Shown piece by piece: positions 20,101 through 29,361 of a stretch of 64,000 nucleotides of DNA (positions are counted from its first letter, which is position 1; each line of letters begins with the position of its first letter). Below the pieces are notes generated by a model. That model made no database searches and was not told the DNA's origin. It saw nothing but the letters and a program-made list of their open reading frames with translations. Source of the stretch: a virus; the IMG/VR virus record IMGVR_UViG_3300030060_002841, positions 14,246 to 78,245 of that record, one strand, 5' to 3'. A program made the position numbers and the translations under genes.

Positions 20101-23100
20101 ATAGTGAAACTAATTTACCAAATTTATCAGTAGCTGCTGTTTTACCTAACAATCTTCAAGATAATAGTAAATTTATTTTAAGTCAAATAGGTGATGCTTG
20201 GGTATCTAGTAATTTTACTGCTCCTATATCAAGTAGAATTGCAGCTCACTATGTTGGTTTAAAAGTAGATAATCCTAATCAATATGGTAAACTAGATGGT
20301 ATAAGGCAAGTTCCTTCAGGAAGACCTTTTATTCTTAAAAAAACAGATGAAGCTCTTACTGATGATGTAGCAGAAAAAATATATGAAACAGGAAAAATTA
20401 AAAAAGATGATACAACAGAAGTAATATTTGGAGGTGATTCTTATATTGCTAGATATAGTGAGAAAGTTATTATGCCTTTCTTTTGGGACTTTTTAATGGG
20501 CCAACCAGATGGTTACAACTTTAATTATTTTTATCATCAAAATGTACCTTATGTAAGATTTTGGTATAATAGTGATAGATATAATTTATCAGGTATAGTA
20601 CAACCAATTACATCTTTATCATTTACTTGGGCTAATGATCCTTCTAATGCTGGTGTACCTTCTGCGTTACATAATTTAGATAGAAACCAACTTACTGATC
20701 TTAGTGAAGATAATACAGCAACTGAAGATGATCCATTTGGTGGTGCACCTGCTTTTGGTGGTGGAACTACATATGATGGTCCACCTGCTGGTGATGGTTT
20801 ATTTACAATCAAACACCGTTACATGTACACTCATTGTAATGGTGCAAATGACTTTTTTGTAGAGACAAAAATAAATGTAGGTTATAGAGATTGGAGAGAT
20901 GAATTAGGTAAGAGACATTATGATACAGATGAGTTTGCAGATCTAACAGAATTATTTCATGCAAAAATAATAAAGAATGGAAACTTTTTTAGATATGATA
21001 ATTCACTACAAAAGGATCAAATGTTTACACAAAACATTTCTTATGGTTTTATACAGGATCCTACATATGATCCATTTATAGCAGAAGAATGCTGGGTTCA
21101 TTATCCTAAGAGACTTATATATTCAAGGCAAGCAATGCTTGATGCTACACAAGACATGTGGAGAATTTTCTTGCCACAAGATTATGTAGATTTTAAAAAT
21201 TCTATTAATACAATTAAACCTATTAATAAGACAGGAGCAATGATATTATTTCCACATTTAGCTCCAGTTATGTGGTCAGGTATAAATACTTTACAAGCTG
21301 GTCAAAGAGATATTATTTTAGGTGATGGAGGTCTATTTAATCAAAGACCTCAAAATGTAGTTAATGCTGATCTACCACATGAATATGGATCTTGTGAAAG
21401 TTCACGTAGTGCAATTAATACACCATCTGGTTTATATTTTATATCTCAGCAACAAGGTAAGATATTTCAATATACAAAAGGTTTAGTAAATATTGCTGAG
21501 CAAGGAATGAAGCAATGGTTTAATAAATATTTACCATCTAGACTATTAGCTGCATTTCCTGATATGGAAAATCACGTAGATGTTGATAATCCTATTGCAG
21601 GTGTAGGCTGTCAGTCTGTGTATGATCCTAATTATGATTTAGTATATTTTTGTAAAAAAGATTATGAAGTTATTAATGATGAGTGTTTAGAATATGATCC
21701 AGACACAGGAGTTGTTGTAAATGAAACAGAATGTTATGATGTAGAACCTATCTTATCATGTCCACCTGATTATGAATTAATAGATGGTGAATGTTGTATA
21801 GATATAGTTAGAGATCCTATTTGGACTTGTACTACTGTAAATTCAACACAAGAAGATCTTACTGTTATAAATCCTAATTTTGAAATTGATGAACAACCTC
21901 CTGGTCAGATAGGTACATTATCAGTAGCTTCAGGTCTTACTCCTGGTCCATGGGTCCAATGTAAAAGGGGTCCTGGAGTTGGTAATTATAATCCAAGTGG
22001 TTTGGGTACAGGTAATTCAGTTATTGATGCTCCTCCTTGCTTTCCGACCGCTACGCCAACCAATCAGCAAACACCAGATACATTACCTTTTGAAGATTGT
22101 AGTATTGGATTTCCTTTACCGGGTGACTCTGGATGGCTGCCAGCTTATCAAGGTAAAACTTATATTGGGATGACAATCCAAACAAATGGGATTGGACAGG
22201 TTACTACTTGGGGTCCTAATTATAATACATGGCAAGAAGGAGTATCACAAGAATTAAGTAGTCCAATGACAGTTGGGACTACTTATCAAATGACTTTAGC
22301 TCTTACTCAGGGGTGGGAAGACCAAACACCTGATATAGTTGTTAGTATATGGGGAGGATCAGATCAATGTCCTTGTGAAGATAATGGACCTATGTCTTCT
22401 ACTTATCTAGGATATGATAATAATACTCATAATAGTGAAATATTATGGACATCACCTGCATTGACACAATCTCCTCCACAATGGACTCTATATACTGCAA
22501 CATTTACACCTACAAGTCCACATTCTCATATACATTTTAGAGTAGGAAGACTTAGCGGTGGTCTCCATATGACACTTCCTTCTACTACTACTAATGGTTA
22601 TGTGTATATGGATGGTATAAGTACAATACAATCTACAACTGAAGTTCGTAAAACTTGTGAATGTCCTGAAGGAACTGATATGTATTGGACTGGCACAGAT
22701 ACACCAGCTACTGAAGAGGATTGTATAAACTGTATTAGCGGTGGATATAATGTTGATGAACCGTGTGTTTTTGCAGGATGTGTAGAATGTAGATTTGCAG
22801 AATGTATTCCGCCAGATGAAGAAGATGTGGTAACACCTATTGATTTAGATAATGAAGAATTTTTTAAGGATATATCTTGGACGGTAAGTTATGATCCTAA
22901 AATAAAAGCTTGGGTATCTTTCCATGACTGGCATCCAGAACTTACATTTCCAAGTTTAAATCATTTTTTAACTACAAAAACAAAACAGTTAGAAGTTCCA
23001 TATTGTCCACCTCCATACATATATAACCCAGAAACAGGGATGTGTGAAAATTATGAGTGTCCTGAAGGTTCAGTATATCAAGATGGTCAGTGTTGTACAG

Positions 23101-25658
23101 AAGATAGACAGGATGTTGATACTATACGTTGTGATGAACATGATAATGATTGGCCTGTAGATCCATCAGAAGCTATAACTTCTTTAGAAAGTGTTAGAAC
23201 GCGGCTTATAAATAATCAAAAATTAGATTTACTTACAAGATCAGATAATAGTAAATTAACTAAGGCTATAAATATAACACGTGATGAAAATGACATGGTA
23301 TATATTAAAATGGATCAATCTTTATATTCAAATATAAAAGATTTAAGACCTATTAAATTTAATATAGACCTACCTTTCTTGGATAATAAAACATTGTCTT
23401 TATCATATGAATATGCTAATAATAAAAAGAGAGGTCTTAAGTTACTTAGAAATACAGAAGATGGTATTATAGAAGAAAAATATGTACCAAAAGTACGTAC
23501 ATATAAATTAGTTGACAAAGAATATTCAGGGTTTTTAATGTTCTTAGAATCAAAAGACATACTGTATGGAATACTAAAAAAAGATGATAAAGTATATGAG
23601 TTTATACATTTAGAAGGTGATACTTATGGTATATATGATACACAAAAATCAATACATGACATGCCTTCTTTTGAATGTGCTAATGATAAGGATGCTGTTA
23701 ATGGTGTTATGGCTGCAGTTAAAAGTCAAAGATCTGGAAACTTAAGAATGAATGATGAGTTTTGTATTAATCTTGGTGTAGATGTAGATTATTTTACATA
23801 TTTAGATTTTGATCAAAATACATTTGCTGTTGCAGATTGGATTCAAACTATTATTGATTATACAAATGATGTATATTCAAATGATTTAAATTGTACAGTA
23901 GAAGTAACTGTTTTACATATTTGGGAACAAACAATTTATGATGTAGCTGGTTCGACAACAGCTGGTGGAGTTATTACAGACTATGGTGATTTTGCAGAGT
24001 ATAATTTTATTGCAGAAGGATTTTATGCTGGTCCACCTCATTGCGCAGATTATAATGTACAATGTCTTATAAATTGGAATGGTATTCCAGAATTAGCTGC
24101 AGAGTTAGTACCTGGGTTAAATTCAGTTGATATGCTTCATATGATAACTAGGAAACAAATAGGAGGTGGTATAGCTCATGGTATAGGGGGTTATTGTGAA
24201 TTAGAAAATAATATGGTTGATAATGAATTTATGTCAGGTGGTGCTAAATCAGTTGCAGTAAGTGGTAGTTTAATTCCACAGTTTCCTTCATTTGAATATG
24301 GGCAAGAAATAACAGGGGACAATATGGGTGGTTGGATATATCAAGCAGTAATTGTACCTCACGAAATGGGTCATGTTGTAGGTGCTTATCATTCACATAA
24401 TTGCTTTGCATATAATGCTGATCCAACTTATAATTATGCAGGAGGCGCTTTAGATAATTGTGTAATCACTGGTGAATCAGGACCTTGTAATGCTGGTAAT
24501 GGAGTTTGTCCTCCAGATAATAATACAACATTTTATAATACTAATTTAGGCTTTGGTACATTAATGAGTTATTGTCATGTTGGTAATGGTTGTAATGGTG
24601 ATGTTGCTGTTCAATTACAGTTCCATCCAGTTGTAAAAGAACAAAGAATAATACCTTTATTAGAAGATCATGCTACTCCAGAGTGTTCTGCGTGTGTACC
24701 ACCTCTTGGAGGATGTACTGATCCACTAGCAGAAAATTATAATCCTAATGCCACGTTTGATGATGGTTCATGTACGTATAGAGAAATTTGTGGATGTAAA
24801 TGTGATACTGGATATACAATGGTTTATGCTGGTACTACTAATCCAATACCTGAAGCAATATGTATTCAGTATGGTGGAACAAATACTGAATGTATATTAG
24901 TTGATTGTGAAGAATCACCATATGAACCTTTTCCACCTTCATATGAATTAGGGGGTATTTGGAGACATAATGATAGATGTGATTTATATACAAACTATTA
25001 TAATGAACAATATGGTTGGGAAATAGAATTTGTAGAATCACAAGGTCAAGTTGTAAATACATTAAGAAATGTAGAATATGAAATGGAAGCTTGGTTATAT
25101 AAAACTCCTGAAGATACTAATGGTAATCCTTTAGAAGGTTATTCAAGTTGTGAAAATAAATATCATGAATTAGATTTTAACTTTAATAAAGCTATTATTT
25201 ATAATACAGAACAAGTATCAGGTTTATTAAATTTAGTTTTAGCACAAAAAAATAATGCTTGGTTTAATAATCAATTTCCAAATACAAATGGTGCAGTTTA
25301 TAATATACTGTATAAAAAAGAAGAGCAGAAGTTTAGATTTAATCAATTTTGGGATACAACAAGAAATAGAGGTGAGATAGTATTTCCAAATGGTGACTTT
25401 GATAGTAATATATTTACAGTTAAGGAACCAATATGGCATACTGAATTAGATGGATATACAAGACAACTTAATCCACAAAATTTAAATTACTTTAAAGATC
25501 CATTAGAAAGAAAAAAGTTCAGACATTATTGGAACAAAATATTATTAAGAAGAGAGCCGCTATCAATGATAGGACCTGCTGGCCCAATGTTAGAACCAGA
25601 AACAAGGAACATGATATTTAAAGTAGAAAACTCAAATATTAATTTATCATTTAGGTAA
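17148..25658 (+). CDS. Muzzle / tail stabilization protein with two large payload insertions
   Basis: 2836 aa; beta-propeller-like N-terminus, F.RDEQYAFFIRW, YHSPD, FGGDSYI, HEYGSCES and WTVSYDPK..WVSFHDWHP motifs as recalled for crAss muzzle / P22 gp10-like proteins; position after the ring genes. Confidence 0.75.
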   Translation: MSNKQKGHIPKPPQFQNTSNKDTRIFVKGMQKDLDPTVLGKDVWTHCINCINNTKAGDAGTVSNEQGNKICAEIPYTVIGGIHLYGDKWVIYSTDDEASEIGLFDDSQCTYEAIVNDPCLSFDKRYLITGASKENFDCSWQVYWDDGLNPSRTLNLDNIPYMQQVANEGEDCVEYENILPLQLDCERIRLAPLIETPTVVLEKSKTGGKLPNGSYQAFIAYAVNENKIGDYYTSNVQALFDHESPSSALNIKLTNLDTRFEGFRLVILSNNQGVQKAKDIGYYSTEQDFITIGNLEDIGITVPKERLPEYNPVIERSDKMFVVNEYLVRTGPRENFNFNYQCLANKIKTRWVSVEYPADYYRQGGHNPTFMRDEQYAFFIRWIYNTGDKSRSYHIPGREATEDDLVGPPASEVLNAYTEDSYWQVANTAYYNAALDVGGIVYDGGIVRAKGQMGYWESTELYPNDPVRWCDLCSKPIRHHKMPDEQTMINQPENYTARSSADNKRIYVLGVEFGNIAWPVDNDGLPIPNIVGYEILTGDRTGSESIVSKGLIRNMQKYRIPDNESKSGKTSESQSVESALGVQGLFPNYPYNDLGTDPYLSQTEVVKDKDFVGINDYSHKIFTYHSPDTSFNRPFLGAQEIKLYGPTTGFSLGRFQTSEDHPGHKLIRNIGAIIALVIGAGYAIMEMRGRKKQIMRNATALSIGQNPGPYADTTFDTEDKYDLNTSSSSLNLGPFGGAIGGSSTSGVVDTTGETTEDVATDGSGNALDGAAPGAAAGSVAADNAAANAQAMEDGQSNVEQSDGISIPPAPNVSAEQFQNVSTTGVVIPGTTQDTTDDVNTAMNPVISSAINVDGSIQADQTAQEEVIKKVPGHIGPQKQVEFEDSRYKSSPGFIGQVFKIMSFLNLMTTGGQEIIDLIYELMSFQNYALKFNSYGLYGNEVPVVGRSRHSLVQARYLANSFQNMSVGGQNFRINNLQRPRTVVINSETNLPNLSVAAVLPNNLQDNSKFILSQIGDAWVSSNFTAPISSRIAAHYVGLKVDNPNQYGKLDGIRQVPSGRPFILKKTDEALTDDVAEKIYETGKIKKDDTTEVIFGGDSYIARYSEKVIMPFFWDFLMGQPDGYNFNYFYHQNVPYVRFWYNSDRYNLSGIVQPITSLSFTWANDPSNAGVPSALHNLDRNQLTDLSEDNTATEDDPFGGAPAFGGGTTYDGPPAGDGLFTIKHRYMYTHCNGANDFFVETKINVGYRDWRDELGKRHYDTDEFADLTELFHAKIIKNGNFFRYDNSLQKDQMFTQNISYGFIQDPTYDPFIAEECWVHYPKRLIYSRQAMLDATQDMWRIFLPQDYVDFKNSINTIKPINKTGAMILFPHLAPVMWSGINTLQAGQRDIILGDGGLFNQRPQNVVNADLPHEYGSCESSRSAINTPSGLYFISQQQGKIFQYTKGLVNIAEQGMKQWFNKYLPSRLLAAFPDMENHVDVDNPIAGVGCQSVYDPNYDLVYFCKKDYEVINDECLEYDPDTGVVVNETECYDVEPILSCPPDYELIDGECCIDIVRDPIWTCTTVNSTQEDLTVINPNFEIDEQPPGQIGTLSVASGLTPGPWVQCKRGPGVGNYNPSGLGTGNSVIDAPPCFPTATPTNQQTPDTLPFEDCSIGFPLPGDSGWLPAYQGKTYIGMTIQTNGIGQVTTWGPNYNTWQEGVSQELSSPMTVGTTYQMTLALTQGWEDQTPDIVVSIWGGSDQCPCEDNGPMSSTYLGYDNNTHNSEILWTSPALTQSPPQWTLYTATFTPTSPHSHIHFRVGRLSGGLHMTLPSTTTNGYVYMDGISTIQSTTEVRKTCECPEGTDMYWTGTDTPATEEDCINCISGGYNVDEPCVFAGCVECRFAECIPPDEEDVVTPIDLDNEEFFKDISWTVSYDPKIKAWVSFHDWHPELTFPSLNHFLTTKTKQLEVPYCPPPYIYNPETGMCENYECPEGSVYQDGQCCTEDRQDVDTIRCDEHDNDWPVDPSEAITSLESVRTRLINNQKLDLLTRSDNSKLTKAINITRDENDMVYIKMDQSLYSNIKDLRPIKFNIDLPFLDNKTLSLSYEYANNKKRGLKLLRNTEDGIIEEKYVPKVRTYKLVDKEYSGFLMFLESKDILYGILKKDDKVYEFIHLEGDTYGIYDTQKSIHDMPSFECANDKDAVNGVMAAVKSQRSGNLRMNDEFCINLGVDVDYFTYLDFDQNTFAVADWIQTIIDYTNDVYSNDLNCTVEVTVLHIWEQTIYDVAGSTTAGGVITDYGDFAEYNFIAEGFYAGPPHCADYNVQCLINWNGIPELAAELVPGLNSVDMLHMITRKQIGGGIAHGIGGYCELENNMVDNEFMSGGAKSVAVSGSLIPQFPSFEYGQEITGDNMGGWIYQAVIVPHEMGHVVGAYHSHNCFAYNADPTYNYAGGALDNCVITGESGPCNAGNGVCPPDNNTTFYNTNLGFGTLMSYCHVGNGCNGDVAVQLQFHPVVKEQRIIPLLEDHATPECSACVPPLGGCTDPLAENYNPNATFDDGSCTYREICGCKCDTGYTMVYAGTTNPIPEAICIQYGGTNTECILVDCEESPYEPFPPSYELGGIWRHNDRCDLYTNYYNEQYGWEIEFVESQGQVVNTLRNVEYEMEAWLYKTPEDTNGNPLEGYSSCENKYHELDFNFNKAIIYNTEQVSGLLNLVLAQKNNAWFNNQFPNTNGAVYNILYKKEEQKFRFNQFWDTTRNRGEIVFPNGDFDSNIFTVKEPIWHTELDGYTRQLNPQNLNYFKDPLERKKFRHYWNKILLRREPLSMIGPAGPMLEPETRNMIFKVENSNINLSFR
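21850..22640 (+). other. Inserted galactose-binding-like jelly-roll domain inside muzzle
   Basis: NPNFE...W...TPD...GKTYIGM...EGVSQELSSPMTVGTTY...WTLYTATFTP...YVYMDGI; this pattern resembles carbohydrate-binding-like domains of Bacteroidota secreted proteins. Confidence 0.6.
23150..24780 (+). other. Inserted M12B/reprolysin-like zinc metalloprotease (pro + catalytic + GCTD repeat) inside muzzle
   Basis: HEMGHVVGAYH (HExxHxxGxxH) at 24360-24392; Met-turn GTLMSYCH at about 24555-24578; putative cysteine switch SFECAND; C-terminal GCTDPLAENYNPNATFDDGSC repeat. Confidence 0.85.
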
Positions 25659-28600
25659 TGAAATTTAGTAAAGACGGATATAAGAAAAATAGTGAGGATA
25701 ATCAAAAACCTTTTTTATTTATACAAGGGGGTGAAGATGGTACATCTATAACTATGGAAGATGTTACAATTCCTGTAATGGGTATTGATAACTTAGGTTA
25801 CAGTGAATTAATGACACCAGGCGGTGAATATAAATTTCCTGGTAGTACTGTTTTAGAGCTTCCATTAAATAAAAAAGCATATGGTGGCCCAGGAGGTATG
25901 ACTACTGTTCTAAGAAATAGATTATATGATAGGAAGAGAGATAAGCAGTTTGCTGAAGAAGGAACAGAAGTAAGACCTACACCTATGATGCCAACACCTC
26001 CTATTATGGGTCCATATCAAGAATCTACTTTAACAGAGGATGAAATACAAATGATTACCAATTGGGTTAGTGAACTTAAAAAAGAAGAGGAAAGAAAAAA
26101 TAAAGATGTTGTTTCTTCAGATAATTTATCAGAAGATTTTGAAGCTATTGATAATGATTTAAATAATAGTGCTAATACTCAAGAAAATGAAACTAATATT
26201 TTAGATGCTAAAATAAAAAAAGATTTAGATCTTATAAAGAATGCTCCATCTAATTTAAAAAGTCATACTGACTTATTAAGTACAGATCTTCCTGATTATA
26301 ATGCAGGTAGTGATTTATATTTTGAAATAGATAGTACAGGAGGTTTAGGTCAGACTTTAAATATAACTGATAAATATGATAAGTTAAAAAATAAAACAGC
26401 ATTAGATTTAGAAATAGAAATAGAAAAATCTAGAGATCCAATTTCAGGTACAGATGTTTCTGAACTTAGTGATATAGTTGTTAAATCAAATGTACAAGAA
26501 AGATTACATCTTGATAATTTAACTAAGAATTTACAAATAAAAGAAAGAAAGAAAGCAAATGCTACAATAGATGATTTAGAAAAACAATATTATCAACAAT
26601 ATGTATCTAGTGATTACTCATTAGCAGATGCTGAGTCTGTAAGAAAAGTACAACAAGATGTTGTTGATGCTGGGTTAGGGCATTTACTAGGTAAGTTTGG
26701 CCCTAACAAAGATGGTATAGATGGTAAGTATGGACCTAAAACTAAAAATGCTGTAAGGCAAATGCTTGCAAATCAAATAAATTCATTGGGTACTGATTAT
26801 AACTTTACAGAATTTTGGAACCCTGTAGAAGATGGTTATATATTTAATAATAGTCAACAATGTACCTCTGAAGGTTGTGCTGATATGGTTATTAAAGATT
26901 TTCAAAATTCTGGAGTAGATGTAGAAAAAATTGGTATTTCAGGAAACAATGCTTGGAATATGTATGATGCTTTGACTCATAATAATGGTATAAGTAAATA
27001 TAACATTTTTGAAAATATGGAATCTCCAGCTAGTGTGGAGGATGTACGTAATAAAATGCATAATGCCATTAAAGAAGATCCAATATATGTTGGACCTAGA
27101 AAAGAAGATATTCAATCTCCACTTGAAAAAGGTGATGTTGTAGGTATATTTTTTCCTAACTCAACTTATCAAGAAGTAGCTATTAATGAGGCTGGTGGAC
27201 TTGGTGCTAGAGAAGGTTCTAATCCTACTTATAATAGTCATGTTGGTTATGTTATTGGACATGATGTAGATGGCACACCTTTAATAAAACATTCTTTTGT
27301 TCCTGATAATCCTGAAACAGAAGTAGTAGAAGGTAGATCTGTAATTACACGTGCTGATGAACTAAAAGTAGCAGGAGTTGATAGTTATATTACTTGGGCT
27401 GTAGAACCAGCTAAATTTCAGTTAAATAAAACATTTGATAGATCTAATATTGAACCTGTTATTGAACAAGATGAAATGGATCTTATGACAGATGAGTATC
27501 TTAAAAATTTAGAATTAAAGATAGAAAGGGAAATTACTGATCCTAATCATAAAGAAATGATAAAATTTCAATATGAAACTATAACTAATTCAATAGGAAC
27601 TATTGCTGACGAACTTGGTATAGTTGCACCTTATGATATTATTAGAGATGTACAATTAGGTATTCAAAATGTAGAAACAGGAATAGGAGGTACAAGTGTT
27701 AAGAATCAAAAGTTTATAGATATGCGTGGTGGTAAGGCTTCAATTGAAGATATAGTTAAGCTTTATCAAGATGGAAAAATTACAGACAAAGATTTACTAT
27801 TAAGTGGTGGTAATGAAGTAATTGATGTGGCTTTAAATAAAGGTATAATGGGTGGTGGCGGATTAAGTAAATTTAATTTTTTGTTTGGTAAAGATGATGA
27901 TTATGAAACACCTTTTGAAGCTACAAATAAATTTAGAGAACCAGAGGATATATCAAGAGGTTTATATAATACTAAATTAAGTCAAGCAAGTCCTTTATAT
28001 TTACACTATTATGGTTTAGATGAAAATAATATAGATAAAGTATATAATACGGATGGTAGTTTAAATAAAGAAAATGCTGAATCTGCAATAAATTTTCAAA
28101 CAAGTAGGTTATTAAGAAACTATGATTTGTTTAATTCTTTTAAGCAAAGATTTAATAATAAGTTTCCAAATGATCCTATGACAGAAGAAGATGTTATAAA
28201 TATGATGATAATGAGTCATAATCAAGGAACAGATATACTTTTAAATTTTACTCAAACAGGAAGAACACACGGTGCTAAAAATTCAGATGGAGATTATATA
28301 CACACTCCTAAACAATGGGAAATAGAACAAGGTTTAGTTGATGGATCACCATGGGATGTAGAAGATTATTTATTTGAGCTAAGAAGAATGTATAGAGGAA
28401 ATGTTAAAGATTATACTAGCACTGATTGGAAACATCTTGATTCTATTAATCCAGGTTTAGGTAAATGGTTTTATAATATAGATAGCCCAGATGGTCATGA
28501 ATCATATATTAGTAAAGTTAAAAGATACGTGGATAACAAAAATGTTCCATGGACAGCTTATGAACTCAATGAATATCTTTCAGATCTTGAAAGTAAAAGA

Positions 28601-29305
28601 GATGAAATAATATCTTTATCAACAGATCAACAAGATGGTAGATTAACAGAACTTTTAAATGAACAAGAGTTTGTTAATATGTATATAGACAAAAAAAGAC
28701 TTGAACAAGATTTACCAGAAGTTTTAAGTATGTCAACTGAGCGTCAATTAGAATTTGAGGCAAGAGAACAATATGCTAAAATAAATTCTATTACTGAGAA
28801 TATAGATCAAGTTAGTGCAATATTAAATGATTTAAAAAGTCAAGATAAATTAAATGAAAATCTCCTTACAGTGGATAACCCAGAAGATGATGATGAAGCA
28901 TTAGCATCAAGAAAAGAAGGAGGTGAAATTAATTCAGAAAAATTATTTCCTGAATGGGATGGCTTACAAAAAGATTTAGCAATGTATAGAGAGGGAAATG
29001 AAATATCAGATGAATCTAAAATGAAACTTGCAGATCTAGGGTTTGAACTTAAGCCACGTGATAAATATGAAAACTATCCAACTGATATGATAGTTAGTTT
29101 TATAGATCTAAAAAACTTTAAACCTGGTGGAGATATTACATTAGATAGACAAGTAGATATATATGAAGATTATATTAATGGTAGATTAAAAAGCAATAAA
29201 GCAACTAAGGTATATGATAAATTAAATAGATTTTATTATTATGCAGCAAAAGGTAAAGAAATGTCAATCTTAGATTACATGAAACACAAGTTGAAACAAT
29301 CATAG
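25658..29305 (+). CDS. Virion cargo protein: multidomain peptidoglycan hydrolase (PG-binding + NlpC/P60-CHAP + SLT-like)
   Basis: PG_binding_1-like VRKVQQ..DGIDGKYGPKTKNAV (about 26630-26770); Cys/His peptidase GCADMV...GNNAW...KGDVV...SHVG (26860-27420); lysozyme-like VETG...SRGL...SHNQG...SYISKV (27650-28520). Confidence 0.7.
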   Translation: MKFSKDGYKKNSEDNQKPFLFIQGGEDGTSITMEDVTIPVMGIDNLGYSELMTPGGEYKFPGSTVLELPLNKKAYGGPGGMTTVLRNRLYDRKRDKQFAEEGTEVRPTPMMPTPPIMGPYQESTLTEDEIQMITNWVSELKKEEERKNKDVVSSDNLSEDFEAIDNDLNNSANTQENETNILDAKIKKDLDLIKNAPSNLKSHTDLLSTDLPDYNAGSDLYFEIDSTGGLGQTLNITDKYDKLKNKTALDLEIEIEKSRDPISGTDVSELSDIVVKSNVQERLHLDNLTKNLQIKERKKANATIDDLEKQYYQQYVSSDYSLADAESVRKVQQDVVDAGLGHLLGKFGPNKDGIDGKYGPKTKNAVRQMLANQINSLGTDYNFTEFWNPVEDGYIFNNSQQCTSEGCADMVIKDFQNSGVDVEKIGISGNNAWNMYDALTHNNGISKYNIFENMESPASVEDVRNKMHNAIKEDPIYVGPRKEDIQSPLEKGDVVGIFFPNSTYQEVAINEAGGLGAREGSNPTYNSHVGYVIGHDVDGTPLIKHSFVPDNPETEVVEGRSVITRADELKVAGVDSYITWAVEPAKFQLNKTFDRSNIEPVIEQDEMDLMTDEYLKNLELKIEREITDPNHKEMIKFQYETITNSIGTIADELGIVAPYDIIRDVQLGIQNVETGIGGTSVKNQKFIDMRGGKASIEDIVKLYQDGKITDKDLLLSGGNEVIDVALNKGIMGGGGLSKFNFLFGKDDDYETPFEATNKFREPEDISRGLYNTKLSQASPLYLHYYGLDENNIDKVYNTDGSLNKENAESAINFQTSRLLRNYDLFNSFKQRFNNKFPNDPMTEEDVINMMIMSHNQGTDILLNFTQTGRTHGAKNSDGDYIHTPKQWEIEQGLVDGSPWDVEDYLFELRRMYRGNVKDYTSTDWKHLDSINPGLGKWFYNIDSPDGHESYISKVKRYVDNKNVPWTAYELNEYLSDLESKRDEIISLSTDQQDGRLTELLNEQEFVNMYIDKKRLEQDLPEVLSMSTERQLEFEAREQYAKINSITENIDQVSAILNDLKSQDKLNENLLTVDNPEDDDEALASRKEGGEINSEKLFPEWDGLQKDLAMYREGNEISDESKMKLADLGFELKPRDKYENYPTDMIVSFIDLKNFKPGGDITLDRQVDIYEDYINGRLKSNKATKVYDKLNRFYYYAAKGKEMSILDYMKHKLKQS

Positions 29306-29326
29306 CTATTAGATTATATGCTGATT

Positions 29327-29349
29327 ATTTAGTATATTATAATATATAG
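29327..29349 (+). promoter_or_regulatory. Putative phage promoter
   Basis: atttagTATATTATaatatatag upstream of 29362. Confidence 0.55.
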
Positions 29350-29361
29350 TGCACTTTTTTT

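Noticed and set aside
1398-29309. TAGCTAT in three intergenic regions (1398, 13770, 29303)
   Set aside because: It is a short AT-rich palindrome also common in coding sequence, and its position relative to the promoter motif is inconsistent.
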